Of a stretch of 14,018 nucleotides of DNA, positions 1 through 8,497 are shown piece by piece. The DNA is from Octopus sinensis. Its lineage: Eukaryota. Location of the stretch: assembly GCF_006345805.1 (NCBI RefSeq), contig NW_021825881.1, forward strand, positions 1 through 14,018. Reading direction: 5' to 3'. The position numbers and the translations under genes are program-made. The notes beneath the pieces were generated by a model. It worked only from the letters and a program-made list of their open reading frames with translations, was not told the DNA's origin and made no database searches. How positions within the stretch are numbered: the stretch's first letter is position 1; each line of letters begins with the position of its first letter.

Positions 1-76
1 ATGGCAAACTTCATAGTAGGATGCTGGAAATTGTACAGTGAAAAACATAGATCAAACAGCGTTTCAACTGCGAATT

Positions 77-97
77 TGTGTGTGTGTGTGTGTGTGT
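77..97. repeat. (TG)n microsatellite
   Basis: Direct reading. Confidence 0.95.
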
Positions 98-191
98 AAA
101 GGGGACATATGTGAATGTTTGTGGAATGGAAGTGGGATGGTGAACATTCAATGCTGAAAAGAAAAATCAAACAGCGTTTCAACTCTGTATA

Positions 192-338
192 TTTGGTGTT
201 TATTTGCCAGCTCCTGTATTTAGTCACGGTTGGCTTTATGTCGCCTGAACTCGGGCAAGAAGGAAGGAAATAAGCAAAGAATGTTTGTTAGCTGAGGATA
301 GATTTTTCACAAAAAATTTAGTAATAAAAGAATTATTA
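192..338 (+). pseudogene. Decayed Helitron RepHel (Pif1-family helicase) C-terminal fragment
   Basis: Manual translation from 192 (same frame as ORF 285..629): [48 protein letters not shown]. It matches the Helitron/Pif1 helicase end consensus GxYLPxPVFSHGQLYVAxSR followed by TKNxVxKExL. In-frame TGA at 246-248. Confidence 0.8.
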
Positions 339-424
339 AACCAAAATCTTTGTTTTGTACCTTATTTATATATAGAATACTACTACAATTACCCCTCATT
401 TTTGACAGCATTGGGCCCAACTTG

Positions 425-625
425 TACATATATATATGTGTGTATCACATATGTATCTGTACACATATATATATACATATATATATGTGTATCTGTACGT
501 ACATATATATATAGATGTAAAGACATGTATATACATATACAGATATACTTAAATATATACAGATACATACATATACATAATGTACGCATATATCTATGTA
601 TACAAATATATCTTATATATAGATA
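425..625. repeat. Degenerate (TA)/(TACA) low-complexity tract
   Basis: Direct reading; accounts for the Y/I/H-rich parts of ORFs 285..629 and 389..589. Confidence 0.9.
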
Positions 626-633
626 TTAAACTG

Positions 634-765
634 AAAAAAAGAACAAACGAGGACGTGGTACATGTAAACTATAAGTAGACACTCGGGGAAGGAATGAAAG
701 ATGGTTTAACATTTCGAGCAGACGCTCTTTTTCGGAAATAAGGAGAGGCCAATACAAAATCGCCA
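634..765 (-). mobile_element. Diverged copy 1 of a small hammerhead-motif repeat (Penelope/retrozyme-like)
   Basis: Aligns by eye to 873-1066 (AGGACGTGG, GGTTT.AC.TTTCGAGC, GCTCTT..TCGGAAA, AGGAGA, AAAATCGC). Minus strand 740-703 reads TTT-CCGAAAA-A-GAGC-GTCT-GCTC-GAAAT-GTT-AAAC. Confidence 0.6.
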
Positions 766-825
766 ATGACTCCCCTGTTACATTTTGAAATGTCTGTCTG
801 TCTGTCTATATCCTGTTTGTGGGGT

Positions 826-826
826 G

Positions 827-859
<33 letters not shown>

Positions 860-872
860 TATATATATTATA
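826..872. repeat. (TA)n microsatellite
   Basis: Direct reading. Confidence 0.95.
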
Positions 873-1066
873 TTAATCCAAACAAGAAACAAAAAGACAA
901 CAACGCAAGGACGTGGAACAAATAAAGTATTATTGGACGCTCAGGAAAGAAGGAGGGTTTGACGTTTCGAGCGGAGCTCTTCGTCGGAAACATAGGAGAA
1001 AGAAAGATCCCGAGAAGAGAAGACAGAGGAAAAAAAAATCGCTTGTGGTACAGACGAGGTCACATA
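873..1066 (-). mobile_element. Copy 2 of a small hammerhead-motif repeat (Penelope/retrozyme-like)
   Basis: Paralogous to 634-765; sits between (TA)n and (TG)n; contains the GACGTTTCG...CTCTTCGTCGG signature, which resembles Penelope-like element terminal repeats. Confidence 0.65.
957..991 (-). ncRNA. Minimal type-I hammerhead ribozyme-like motif (U4C core variant)
   Basis: Minus strand: GUUU (stem I) CCGACGA (cf. CUGANGA) A GAGC-UCC-GCUC (stem II) GAAAC GUC (cleavage triplet; palindromic ACGU) AAAC (pairs with GUUU). Activity is not demonstrated. Confidence 0.55.
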
Positions 1067-1096
1067 TTGTGTGTGTGTGTGTGTGCACATGCACTC

Positions 1097-1231
1097 GTAC
1101 TTAATTTATCGACCCCGAAAGGATGAAAGGCAAAGTCGACCTGCACGGAATTTGAACTCAGAACGTAAAGGCAGACGAAATAACGTTAAGCATTTCGCCT
1201 GGCGTGCTAACGTTTCTGCCAGCTCGCCGCC
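1097..1231 (-). mobile_element. tRNA-derived SINE family B, 3'-truncated copy
   Basis: Reverse complement begins GGCGGCGAGCTGGCAGAAACGTTAGCACGCC and has B-box GAGTTCAAATTCC; near-identical to the 5' part of 7160-7386. Confidence 0.9.
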
Positions 1232-1419
1232 TTAGTCCCCTCTCTGTAAAAAGAATGTTGAGAGAGAGAGAGAGAAAAAATAGGTGGCTCAAGTCTTAAT
1301 TATGTTTGTTTACGTTTGAAAAGAAAAGAGAATTTTTGTTAACTAGAAGAAAAGAGAAACACAAGCAGAATTTTTTTTTTTCAGAATATTTTACTTGTCA
1401 TTTCTATTTATTATCTTGG

Positions 1420-1447
1420 TTTTTTTTTTTTTTTTTTTTTTTTTTTG
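1420..1447. repeat. poly(T) tract
   Basis: Direct reading. Confidence 0.9.
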
Positions 1448-1764
1448 GTGAAATATTGTCTCTGTTAAGTGAAAAGAAATCTCCCCCAATACGCACGAGT
1501 AGGAATCGCCAACTAATTACAAGAAAACTCGAAATATTTCGGCAAAAATAAACACACACACACAACACACATACAGCTATACAAGAGCGTGTTGTTTTGT
1601 TTTAGGTTAATGAAGACGAGCTTGTCCTGAAAAACAAACAAATTTTGTGGGGTTTTTTCTCTCACAGATTATACATCAGATTTCTAAGAAATCGGTGCAC
1701 ATCGGGTATATAAACGTGGTTTCAATTCTCTTCATCGTACAGCAAGGTTGTTGCCCGTATTTAT

Positions 1765-2178
1765 AATACCTATTTCTTTACTACCCACAAGGGGCTAAAC
1801 ACAGAGGGAACAAACAAGGACAGACATAGGTATTAAGTCGATTACATCGACCCCAGTTCGTAACTGGTACTTAATTTATCAACCCGGAAAAGATGAAAGT
1901 CAAAGTCGACCTCGGCGGAATTTGAACTCACAACGTAACGCAGACGAAATACCTATTTCTTTACTACCCACAAGGGGCTAAACACAGAGATGGCAAACAA
2001 GGACAGACAAACGGATTAAGTCGATTATATCGACCCCAGTTCGTAACTGGTACTTAATTTATCAACCCGGAAAAGATGAAAGTCAAAGTCAACCTCGGCG
2101 GAATTTGAACTCACAACGTAACGCAGACGAAATACCGCTAAGCATTTCGCCCGGCGTGCTAACGTTTCTGCCAGCTCG
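1765..2178 (-). mobile_element. tRNA-derived SINE family B with a 183-bp internal tandem duplication (dimer)
   Basis: Units 1765-1947 and 1948-2130 each start AATACCTATTTCTTTACTACCCACAAGGGGCTAAAC; the single 5' head (A-box part) is at 2131-2178. Homologous to 1097-1231 and 7160-7386. Confidence 0.92.
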
Positions 2179-2439
2179 ACCCGTCTCATAATTCTAGCGG
2201 TCAGGTGATCGATCTGTACGTGGGACCCCTCCACATCTCGCTTATTTATATCTGCCTGTTGGTCTCTAAATGTTTACCTATCCATGTGTTTGTTTATAAT
2301 TTTATATGTATTTGATATCAATATATGTGTGTATATGTCCGCATATGCATATAATGATGTATATATATATAGACATGTATGCGTATAAAACGCATTTCAA
2401 AAATTTCGTAACTGCGAGAAGCTCTTAAACGCAAAAATG

Positions 2440-2671
2440 TTTGTGTATATGTTTGTATTTCTGTGTTTGCCCCCCCCCCCCACCACCACCACTGCTTGAC
2501 AACCGATGCTGGCGTGTTTACGTCCCCCGTAACTTAGCAGTTCGGCAAAAGAGACGCATAGAATAAGTACTAACTAGGCTTAGAAAGAATAAGTCCTGGG
2601 GTCGATTTGTTCGAATAAAGGCGGTGCTCCAGCATGGCCGCAGTCAACTGCTTGAAACAAGTGAAAGAATA
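2440..2671 (+). mobile_element. SINE family A, 5'-truncated copy
   Basis: TGCTTGACAACCGATGCTGGCGTGTTTACGTCCCC...AAGGCGGTGCTCCAGCATGGCCGCAGTC...GAAACAAG matches the 3' half of 2867-3257. Left boundary is approximate. Confidence 0.88.
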
Positions 2672-2866
2672 ATGGAAGAAAACTATGCATAACGTATGTG
2701 TAGCTATACAATGTATATGCAGTATAAAATGTATACACACACCCACATATATATACATATATATATACACAATTTATAAACAAGGGCAAAAGAAAAAAAA
2801 GATTTCTATGCCAAGATTTCTTTTTTTATCCAATATTAGAAGTGTATATATATATATATATATATA

Positions 2867-3257
2867 GGCGCAGGAGTGGCTGTGTGGTAAGTAGCTTGCT
2901 AACCAACCACATGGTTCCGGGTTCAGTCTCACTGCGTGGCATCTTGGGCAAGTGTCTTCTGCTATAGCCCCGGGCCGACCAATGCCTTGTGAGTGGATTT
3001 GGTAGACGGAAACTGAAAGAAGCCTGTCGTATATATGTATATATATATGTGTGTCAGTGTTTGTCCCCCTAGCATTGCTTGACAACCTATGCTGGTGTGT
3101 TTACGTCCCCGTCACTTAGCGGCTCGGCAAAAGAGACCGATAGAATAAGTACTGGGCTTACTACAAAGAATAAGTCCCGGGATCGAGTTACTCGATTAAA
3201 GGCGGTGCTCCAGCATGGCCGCAGTCAAATGACTGAAACAAGTAAAAGAGTAAAGAG
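2867..3257 (+). mobile_element. tRNA-derived SINE family A (CORE-like), full-length
   Basis: A-box-like TGGCTGTGTGGT (~2877), B-box-like GGTTCAGTC (~2920), CORE-like CTTGGGCAAGT (~2943), internal (TA)/(TG) tract, LINE-like tail GGTGCTCCAGCATGGCCGCAGTCAAATGACTGAAACA, then AGTAAAAG repeats; flanked by (TA)n on both sides; four other copies in the window. Confidence 0.92.
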
Positions 3258-3288
<31 letters not shown>

Positions 3289-3504
3289 TCATCTTCCTTT
3301 TAAAAGTCTCTCGTAACCATCATTCCGTTTTTACTGCCATGCTTTTGTTCCCCTCCCTCTATTAAAACCAACTGGCCTGGTTTTCATTTTATGGATCTCG
3401 ATCTCTTTGCCGCCCACCTGTTTCTATATACGCTGTAAAACGATCGTATTAGTAAGTATTGATGACTTTTCAGTTTCTCAAAGTAAACAGCAACGTCCCT
3501 TGGG

Positions 3505-3871
3505 TAGGTGACACCGTGTAAATGCACCCACTACACTTGTGTAGCGGGTCACCAGCGGTCAAACAACAACGTAGGATCCAGAACGGCGTTTAGTGTCTCA
3601 TGTAATGGTAGCATGATAAAGTACACCTAAATCCTTAAAATCCTTTAAAATGTTTTAGCCCGAAGGCCGCGGCCATGCTGGGGCACCACCGCTGAATGGG
3701 CTACACTAATATGTGAATCCACCTCTGATACGTGGCACTTGGTCAACAAGGGAGTTCCATGCCGCTGCCCGCATCCGCGTCTCCTGTCGTGAGGTAGGTT
3801 CATCTGGGACCCCCGACAAGAAGTTAAATCTATAATGTGGTAGGTGGAAGGAAGGGCATCCAGCTGTAGAA
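3505..3871 (+). mobile_element. Old retroposon fragments (RTE-associated SINE-like), interrupted by a LINE insertion
   Basis: Motifs AATGCACCCACTACACT (~3521) and GTGGT...AGGAAGGGCATCCAGCTGTAGAA (3837-3871) resemble an abundant cephalopod/RTE-related repeat as I remember it. There is no second copy in the window to confirm this. Confidence 0.5.
3634..3824 (-). mobile_element. 5'-truncated CR1/L2-like LINE 3' end (ORF2 C-terminus, 3'UTR and repeat tail)
   Basis: Minus strand 3822-3706 translates FLSGVPDEPTSRQETRMRAAAWNSLVDQVPRIRGGFTY*, resembling the FLxxVPDxP...RAAxSNSLxDQ end of invertebrate CR1/L2-group ORF2. The 3'UTR reads GGTGGTGCCCCAGCATGGCCGCGGCCTTCGGGCTAAAACA followed by (TTTAAGGA)-like repeats. 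TAAATC direct repeats at 3628-3633 and 3825-3830 are a candidate TSD. Confidence 0.8.
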
Positions 3872-3940
3872 TGTGGGGTAGAAGTGATGCATACGCGAGC
3901 TGGGGGGTATTCCTGCAGCCAATTTAAAAGTGAGGAAATG

Positions 3941-4358
3941 GGATCTTTTCGGTTTGAACGGCAGTTTTTTCTAGCGGTGTCATATGAAATTGTTACCCAT
4001 AGTTATGACCCTAGTATCGATCTATTGCATTTCAGTTTGTTTTAGGGTTAGGGATGGGGGAAGGGTATCTTTTTTTCTTCACAAATGTAAATAAACCCAA
4101 TCTGTTTCTTAAACGAGGGACATATTCATACGGCACAGAATGTTTTTTTTACCTCAATAGACGTCAGTGATTGGTTGAAATTGCAGAAATTGAAGAGAAA
4201 AAAACAACAACAAATATCTTACAAACTATAGAATTTTCTCAATAAAGCCAAGAGAAAAAGATGTTTTATAAGCACATTCTACCAGTATACGAAAGTTTAA
4301 AATTTTTTAGTTACCTAGAAAATTATGTTAAAAACTGCCGTTCAAACCGAAAAGATCC
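3941..4358. mobile_element. MITE / non-autonomous TIR DNA transposon, 418 bp
   Basis: Perfect 29-bp TIRs GGATCTTTTCGGTTTGAACGGCAGTTTTT (3941-3969 and 4330-4358); exact 15-bp flanking direct repeat AAAAGTGAGGAAATG (3926-3940 and 4359-4373); no internal ORF in the track. Confidence 0.93.
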
Positions 4359-4957
4359 AAAAGTGAGGAAATGGTGAACAGGAACTGATCCGAGCCTATG
4401 TTGGCAATTCTTCTTACACATCCCAGTAAACAAAACAAAACAAAACAACAACAAAAAGTTAAATAAAGATGAAAGCTGTACGGATGTATTTGCGCGCGTG
4501 TGTATGAATGTATGAAAAACGAAGTGTGTGAGTGTGTTCGTTTTAATCGGCATAAGGTTACACATGTGGCAGAAACTATGCATGCATATTACATATAGTT
4601 GTACATATAAATATCGATATTATACATTATATGAATATGACATATATATCATATACAGATATATATATTTATTTGTGCACGTGTTCTATAATTGTATATG
4701 TCATTCTGGCCAGTACATGAATCTTATATTTTAACTATACAGATATATATATATGCAGACGTACGTGTGTATGTATATATATAGTGTCTATCAAGTGTGT
4801 GTGAAAACACAAGTATATCAATTTGAACATTTAATTATTATATGAACGGAAGTACATGTCAGTATTCCATTCTTATATCTGTAATACATACATTTGTGTA
4901 CAAATTGTTATGTTTAATAGAGATCTCAACGAGTACTCTTTGTACTATATACACACA

Positions 4958-5101
4958 CACAATATGCATACATGTATGGATATATACTATATATATATAT
5001 ATATGCATACGGCATGTATATATGTTTACAATGCATACATTTTATATATATATATATACACAATATGCATACGGCATGTATATATGTATAATGCATACAT
5101 T
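4958..5101. repeat. ~60-bp imperfect tandem duplication
   Basis: ATATGCATACGGCATGTATATATGT...AATGCATACATT at ~5001-5042 and ~5063-5101; partial CACAATATGCATAC at ~4958. Confidence 0.8.
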
Positions 5102-5158
<57 letters not shown>

Positions 5159-5176
5159 TCCGTTTTCTGCTATCAT

Positions 5177-5208
<32 letters not shown>

Positions 5209-5388
5209 AACAACGTCTTTGTATATATACTCACACTTTTATCTATATATATATATATATCTGTATATATATATATATATATATCTGTATATAAACATAG
5301 CCAGATATACATGTAGAGAATTATCACACGACTCTTCTGGAAAGAACTGTGTATTACACACACACACAGACACACACACACACACACA
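5101..5388. repeat. Cluster of (TA)n and (CA)n microsatellites
   Basis: Direct reading. Confidence 0.9.
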
Positions 5389-5703
5389 GAGGAATTTATT
5401 CCAGCCTAAGACACACATACACAGCTACACGCACGTACACACACACTTCTTCTCTATCTCCCTGCATGCATTAGTGCTCTACACTGATGTTTATTTCAAT
5501 CAGGTAAATATCACCGAAATCAAACACTTCCTTTTCTATAGCAGGTCTATATATTATACATAGCCTGGCCCAGCTCGCTAGGAACAGAGAGACAGGCCAC
5601 CATTATTCTGGTCTAGAACCTATCAGACCATCTAATGTCAAAAATACAAAGCTGACGACATATTTCTGACATACGCACTCAAGTAATTAAATTGCTGTAA
5701 CTG

Positions 5704-5830
5704 ATATATATATATATATATATAATATATATATATATATCTATATATATATATATATATATACATACACACAAACACACATATATATATATACATACAC
5801 ACAAACACATATATATATATATGCATACAT

Positions 5831-5861
<31 letters not shown>

Positions 5862-5876
5862 CATACACACAAACAC

Positions 5877-5909
<33 letters not shown>

Positions 5910-6473
5910 TATATATATATACACACACACGTATGTATATGTATGCATGCGTGTATGTACGTATGCGTGCGTGTGTATATATATATATATGTGTGCATGT
6001 GCGTGTCTGCTTTTGCACATGTGTATATATGCATATATGTATGTTTATATATACACATTTATTTGTATGTGTATATATATATATGCAAATTTGTACTATA
6101 TATGTTACTTAAATACATTGAGCGCGAGCGTATGTGTTTATATATATATATATATACATACATTTATGTATGCAAATATATCTGTATACGAGATATACAT
6201 GACTATATACATTTACATACATGAATATGTATGCATTTATATAGATATACCTATATTTACGTATACATGCTTATATCTTTATATATATGCTTATATATTA
6301 TTCGTGTGTGTGTGTATGTAATGATGCGTATATTCAAATACGATATATACGTACGTATGTATATATATATAGTGTAAAGACGAACATCATATAGAAGTCA
6401 AACGCGTGTATGCTATATATGTCATATACACAATGCTTGCCTGTGTATGTATATATGTGTATATATATGTGTG

Positions 6474-6505
<32 letters not shown>
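5704..6505. repeat. Compound (TA)/(CA)/(TG) microsatellite and low-complexity field
   Basis: Direct reading; includes three (TA)n-CATACACACAAACACA units at ~5760-5880; explains the overlapping Y/I/C/V ORFs. Confidence 0.92.
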
Positions 6506-6709
6506 ATGTGATGCGTTGAAATTGGGTAACTATATATTATCTGTAACTCTATATCGTTCTGTCAGAAGAAGAAAATATTTTATCTATTATTTTTTTTTTC
6601 CTTATTTTTCCTCTTCACTCATTCAGAACAATAAGACTTACAACAATAACAACAACAACACCACCACGAAGGACATTGCCCACAAGCAGAAATCCCAGTA
6701 ACAATAAAG

Positions 6710-6713
<4 letters not shown>

Positions 6714-6782
<69 letters not shown>
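6714..6782. repeat. (TA)n(TG)n(TA)n microsatellite
   Basis: Direct reading. Confidence 0.95.
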
Positions 6783-6783
<1 letters not shown>

Positions 6784-7159
6784 ATGTTTGTCTGTTAGAG
6801 GAATATGAATCACACAACGACTGTTTTACTTTTTTTGGTATTAATAATGTATGTGAAGGATCTTTCTCTCCTTCCATCTTGACTCTGTTTTTTGGCCAGT
6901 CCACATTCGCAAGGTGCGTAGGGGGTCGGTTTCCGGGTTTCTCTGGCGTATATTCTGCTATGTGTGTATATTCACATTCATATGTACAAATATGTGCATT
7001 TATATAGATATGTGTAGATATACATAGATATGGCTATATCTGTGTGTACGTATATTGATACGTATTAATATCCAGTCATATGCATGTTACGCACATAGAT
7101 ATACACATAGTCATATTTAGATATACACACAGTTATATATACACATTTACATATTTAAA

Positions 7160-7386
7160 GGCGGCGAGCTGGCAGAATCGTTAGCACGCCGGGCGAAATG
7201 CGTAGCCGTATTTCATCTGTCGTTACGTTCTGAGTTCAAATTCCGCCGAGGTCGACTTTGCCTTTCATCCTTTCAGGGTCGATAAAATACCAGTTTTGCA
7301 CAGGGGTCGATCTTAACGACTTTATCCCTTTGTCTGTCCTTGTTTGTCCCCTCTATGTTTAGCCTCTTGTGGGTACTAAATAAATA
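7160..7386 (+). mobile_element. tRNA-derived SINE family B, full-length
   Basis: GGCGGCGAGCTGGCAGAATCGTTAGC head, B-box GAGTTCAAATTCC (~7232), central GTCGACTTTGCCTTTCATCCTTTCAGGGTCGATAAA, tail TTGTCCCCTCTATGTTTAGCCTCTTGTGGGTACTAAATAAATA. Confidence 0.92.
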
Positions 7387-7659
7387 TATATATAATATAT
7401 ACACATTTATACAACAATATACGCTTGCACGCGCGCATTAATTGTTCGTCTGAATTTCTCTTAATTTTTCCCTATATCTTCAGATACTAAACTGCATATT
7501 TATGTATGTGTCTTCATATCTATCTATCTATCTACCCCCCCTTTTTATTTTTTTTTATTATTCCCCCCTTTTTGTCCTCTTTCTTTCCCTTTACGATCCC
7601 TTTTGATCGAAAACCAAACCCCCCCCTTTTTTTACCCCAAAAAGAAAAGCTCTACCTTG

Positions 7660-7706
7660 TAATTTGTCCTGTCTGTGTGCAGCCCTGTGTTGCTAATAAA
7701 GAAACA

Positions 7707-7707
<1 letters not shown>
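7660..7707 (+). mobile_element. Isolated 3' tail related to the SINE family B tail
   Basis: TTTGTCCTGTCTGTGTGCAGCCCTGTGTTGCTAATAAAGAAACAT resembles TTTGTCCCCTCTATGTTTAGCCTCTTGTGGGTACTAAATAAAT (7343-7385). Confidence 0.55.
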
Positions 7708-7743
<36 letters not shown>

Positions 7744-7744
7744 G
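7707..7744. repeat. (TATC)n microsatellite
   Basis: Direct reading. Confidence 0.95.
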
Positions 7745-8497
7745 CTATGATTTGATAGGCTGTGTCGAATTTTACAATTCTGTAAATAATAATAAGCTTA
7801 TAAGCAATCACCGTGAACTAGCTTAAGAAAATGGTCTAACATTGCAGCATATATAAAGCACGTCCAACTTTGCTATCCCAGTTCTGCTATAGTTCAAAAT
7901 ATGAAAAGTATTATAGCATGGAATATGACATACACAAAAAGACTTTTATACAACAGCAAACACTTGCTATTACTAACACTTGTTTGTGAAACCCATAAGT
8001 AGTCAACCAGTTTACTAGAAATGCCAGCTTAGATTTTTAAATTACAGGTTACCTACAGGCTAAAGAAAGCAACGGACAAATTTCTCATTGTGGCCTGTTG
8101 AAAAAAAAAACAAAAAACACGGTGTACGAAAGAATTTTTGGTTGGATATAGCTTAGCTCTCTGAACAATCTGGGTTGACCTAGAAGTAGATAAACACTTC
8201 GAATAAATCTCGTGACCCTTCAGCCGAGGAGCGGGGCATCGTCGTTTGTCAATCAAAGGATGCTTGAAATAATATCAAATCCTCCCTCGTAATTGCCTCT
8301 ATACTGTTTTAGGAAGGCATGATAAACTGATGTGTACACACACACAGAGAGAAATATGTATATATACCCACACACAAACATACACACATTATATATATAA
8401 AAATTTATATAAATAAGGAGAAGATCGTTAATTTAAATATAAATCTTTTCACGTGGCCAGCATGGGAATAAAAAACCTTCAAAGGTAATAATTATTA

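Noticed and set aside
1-157. Short ATG-initiated ORF at the window start
   Set aside because: About 50 codons, runs through (TG)n, no recognisable motif.
1651-1752. Candidate exon: TTTTTTCTCTCACAG acceptor (1667) to AAG|GTTGTT (1746)
   Set aside because: Weak donor and unrecognisable peptide; such acceptors are common by chance in T-rich DNA. Would need RNA-seq.
1765-2130. CRISPR-like repeat array
   Set aside because: Two 183-bp SINE units without unique spacers, in eukaryotic context and with no cas genes.
2867-2940. tRNA gene
   Set aside because: A/B boxes are present, but there is no full cloverleaf and it continues into a SINE body found in several copies; the same applies at 7160.
2774-3303. 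ORFs 2774..3085 and 3079..3303, and similar ones at 2025, 11083 and 12200
   Set aside because: They lie within SINE copies; no protein-like features.
5653-5680. CTGACGA hammerhead core (also CTGAGGA at 292)
   Set aside because: No stem II plus GAAA follows.
4842-6321. Many overlapping 85-166 aa ORFs
   Set aside because: Translations of TA/CA/TG microsatellites (Y, I, C, V, H, T runs), open on both strands because the repeats lack stops.
6619-6715. Cys-rich minus-strand peptide and a GTAAGT donor-like site
   Set aside because: The Cys run comes from an (AAC)n repeat; no acceptor or coding evidence.
6860-6960. Pyrimidine tract-CAG, 14 nt, then GTGCGT (micro-exon-like) in a GC-rich patch
   Set aside because: More likely a short repeat remnant; a single occurrence with no support.
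7464-7510. Strong-looking splice acceptor TTTTTCCCTATATCTTCAG
   Set aside because: No convincing downstream exon.
7850-7860. TATA-box-like TATATAAAG
   Set aside because: Uninformative in TA-rich DNA with no linked gene.
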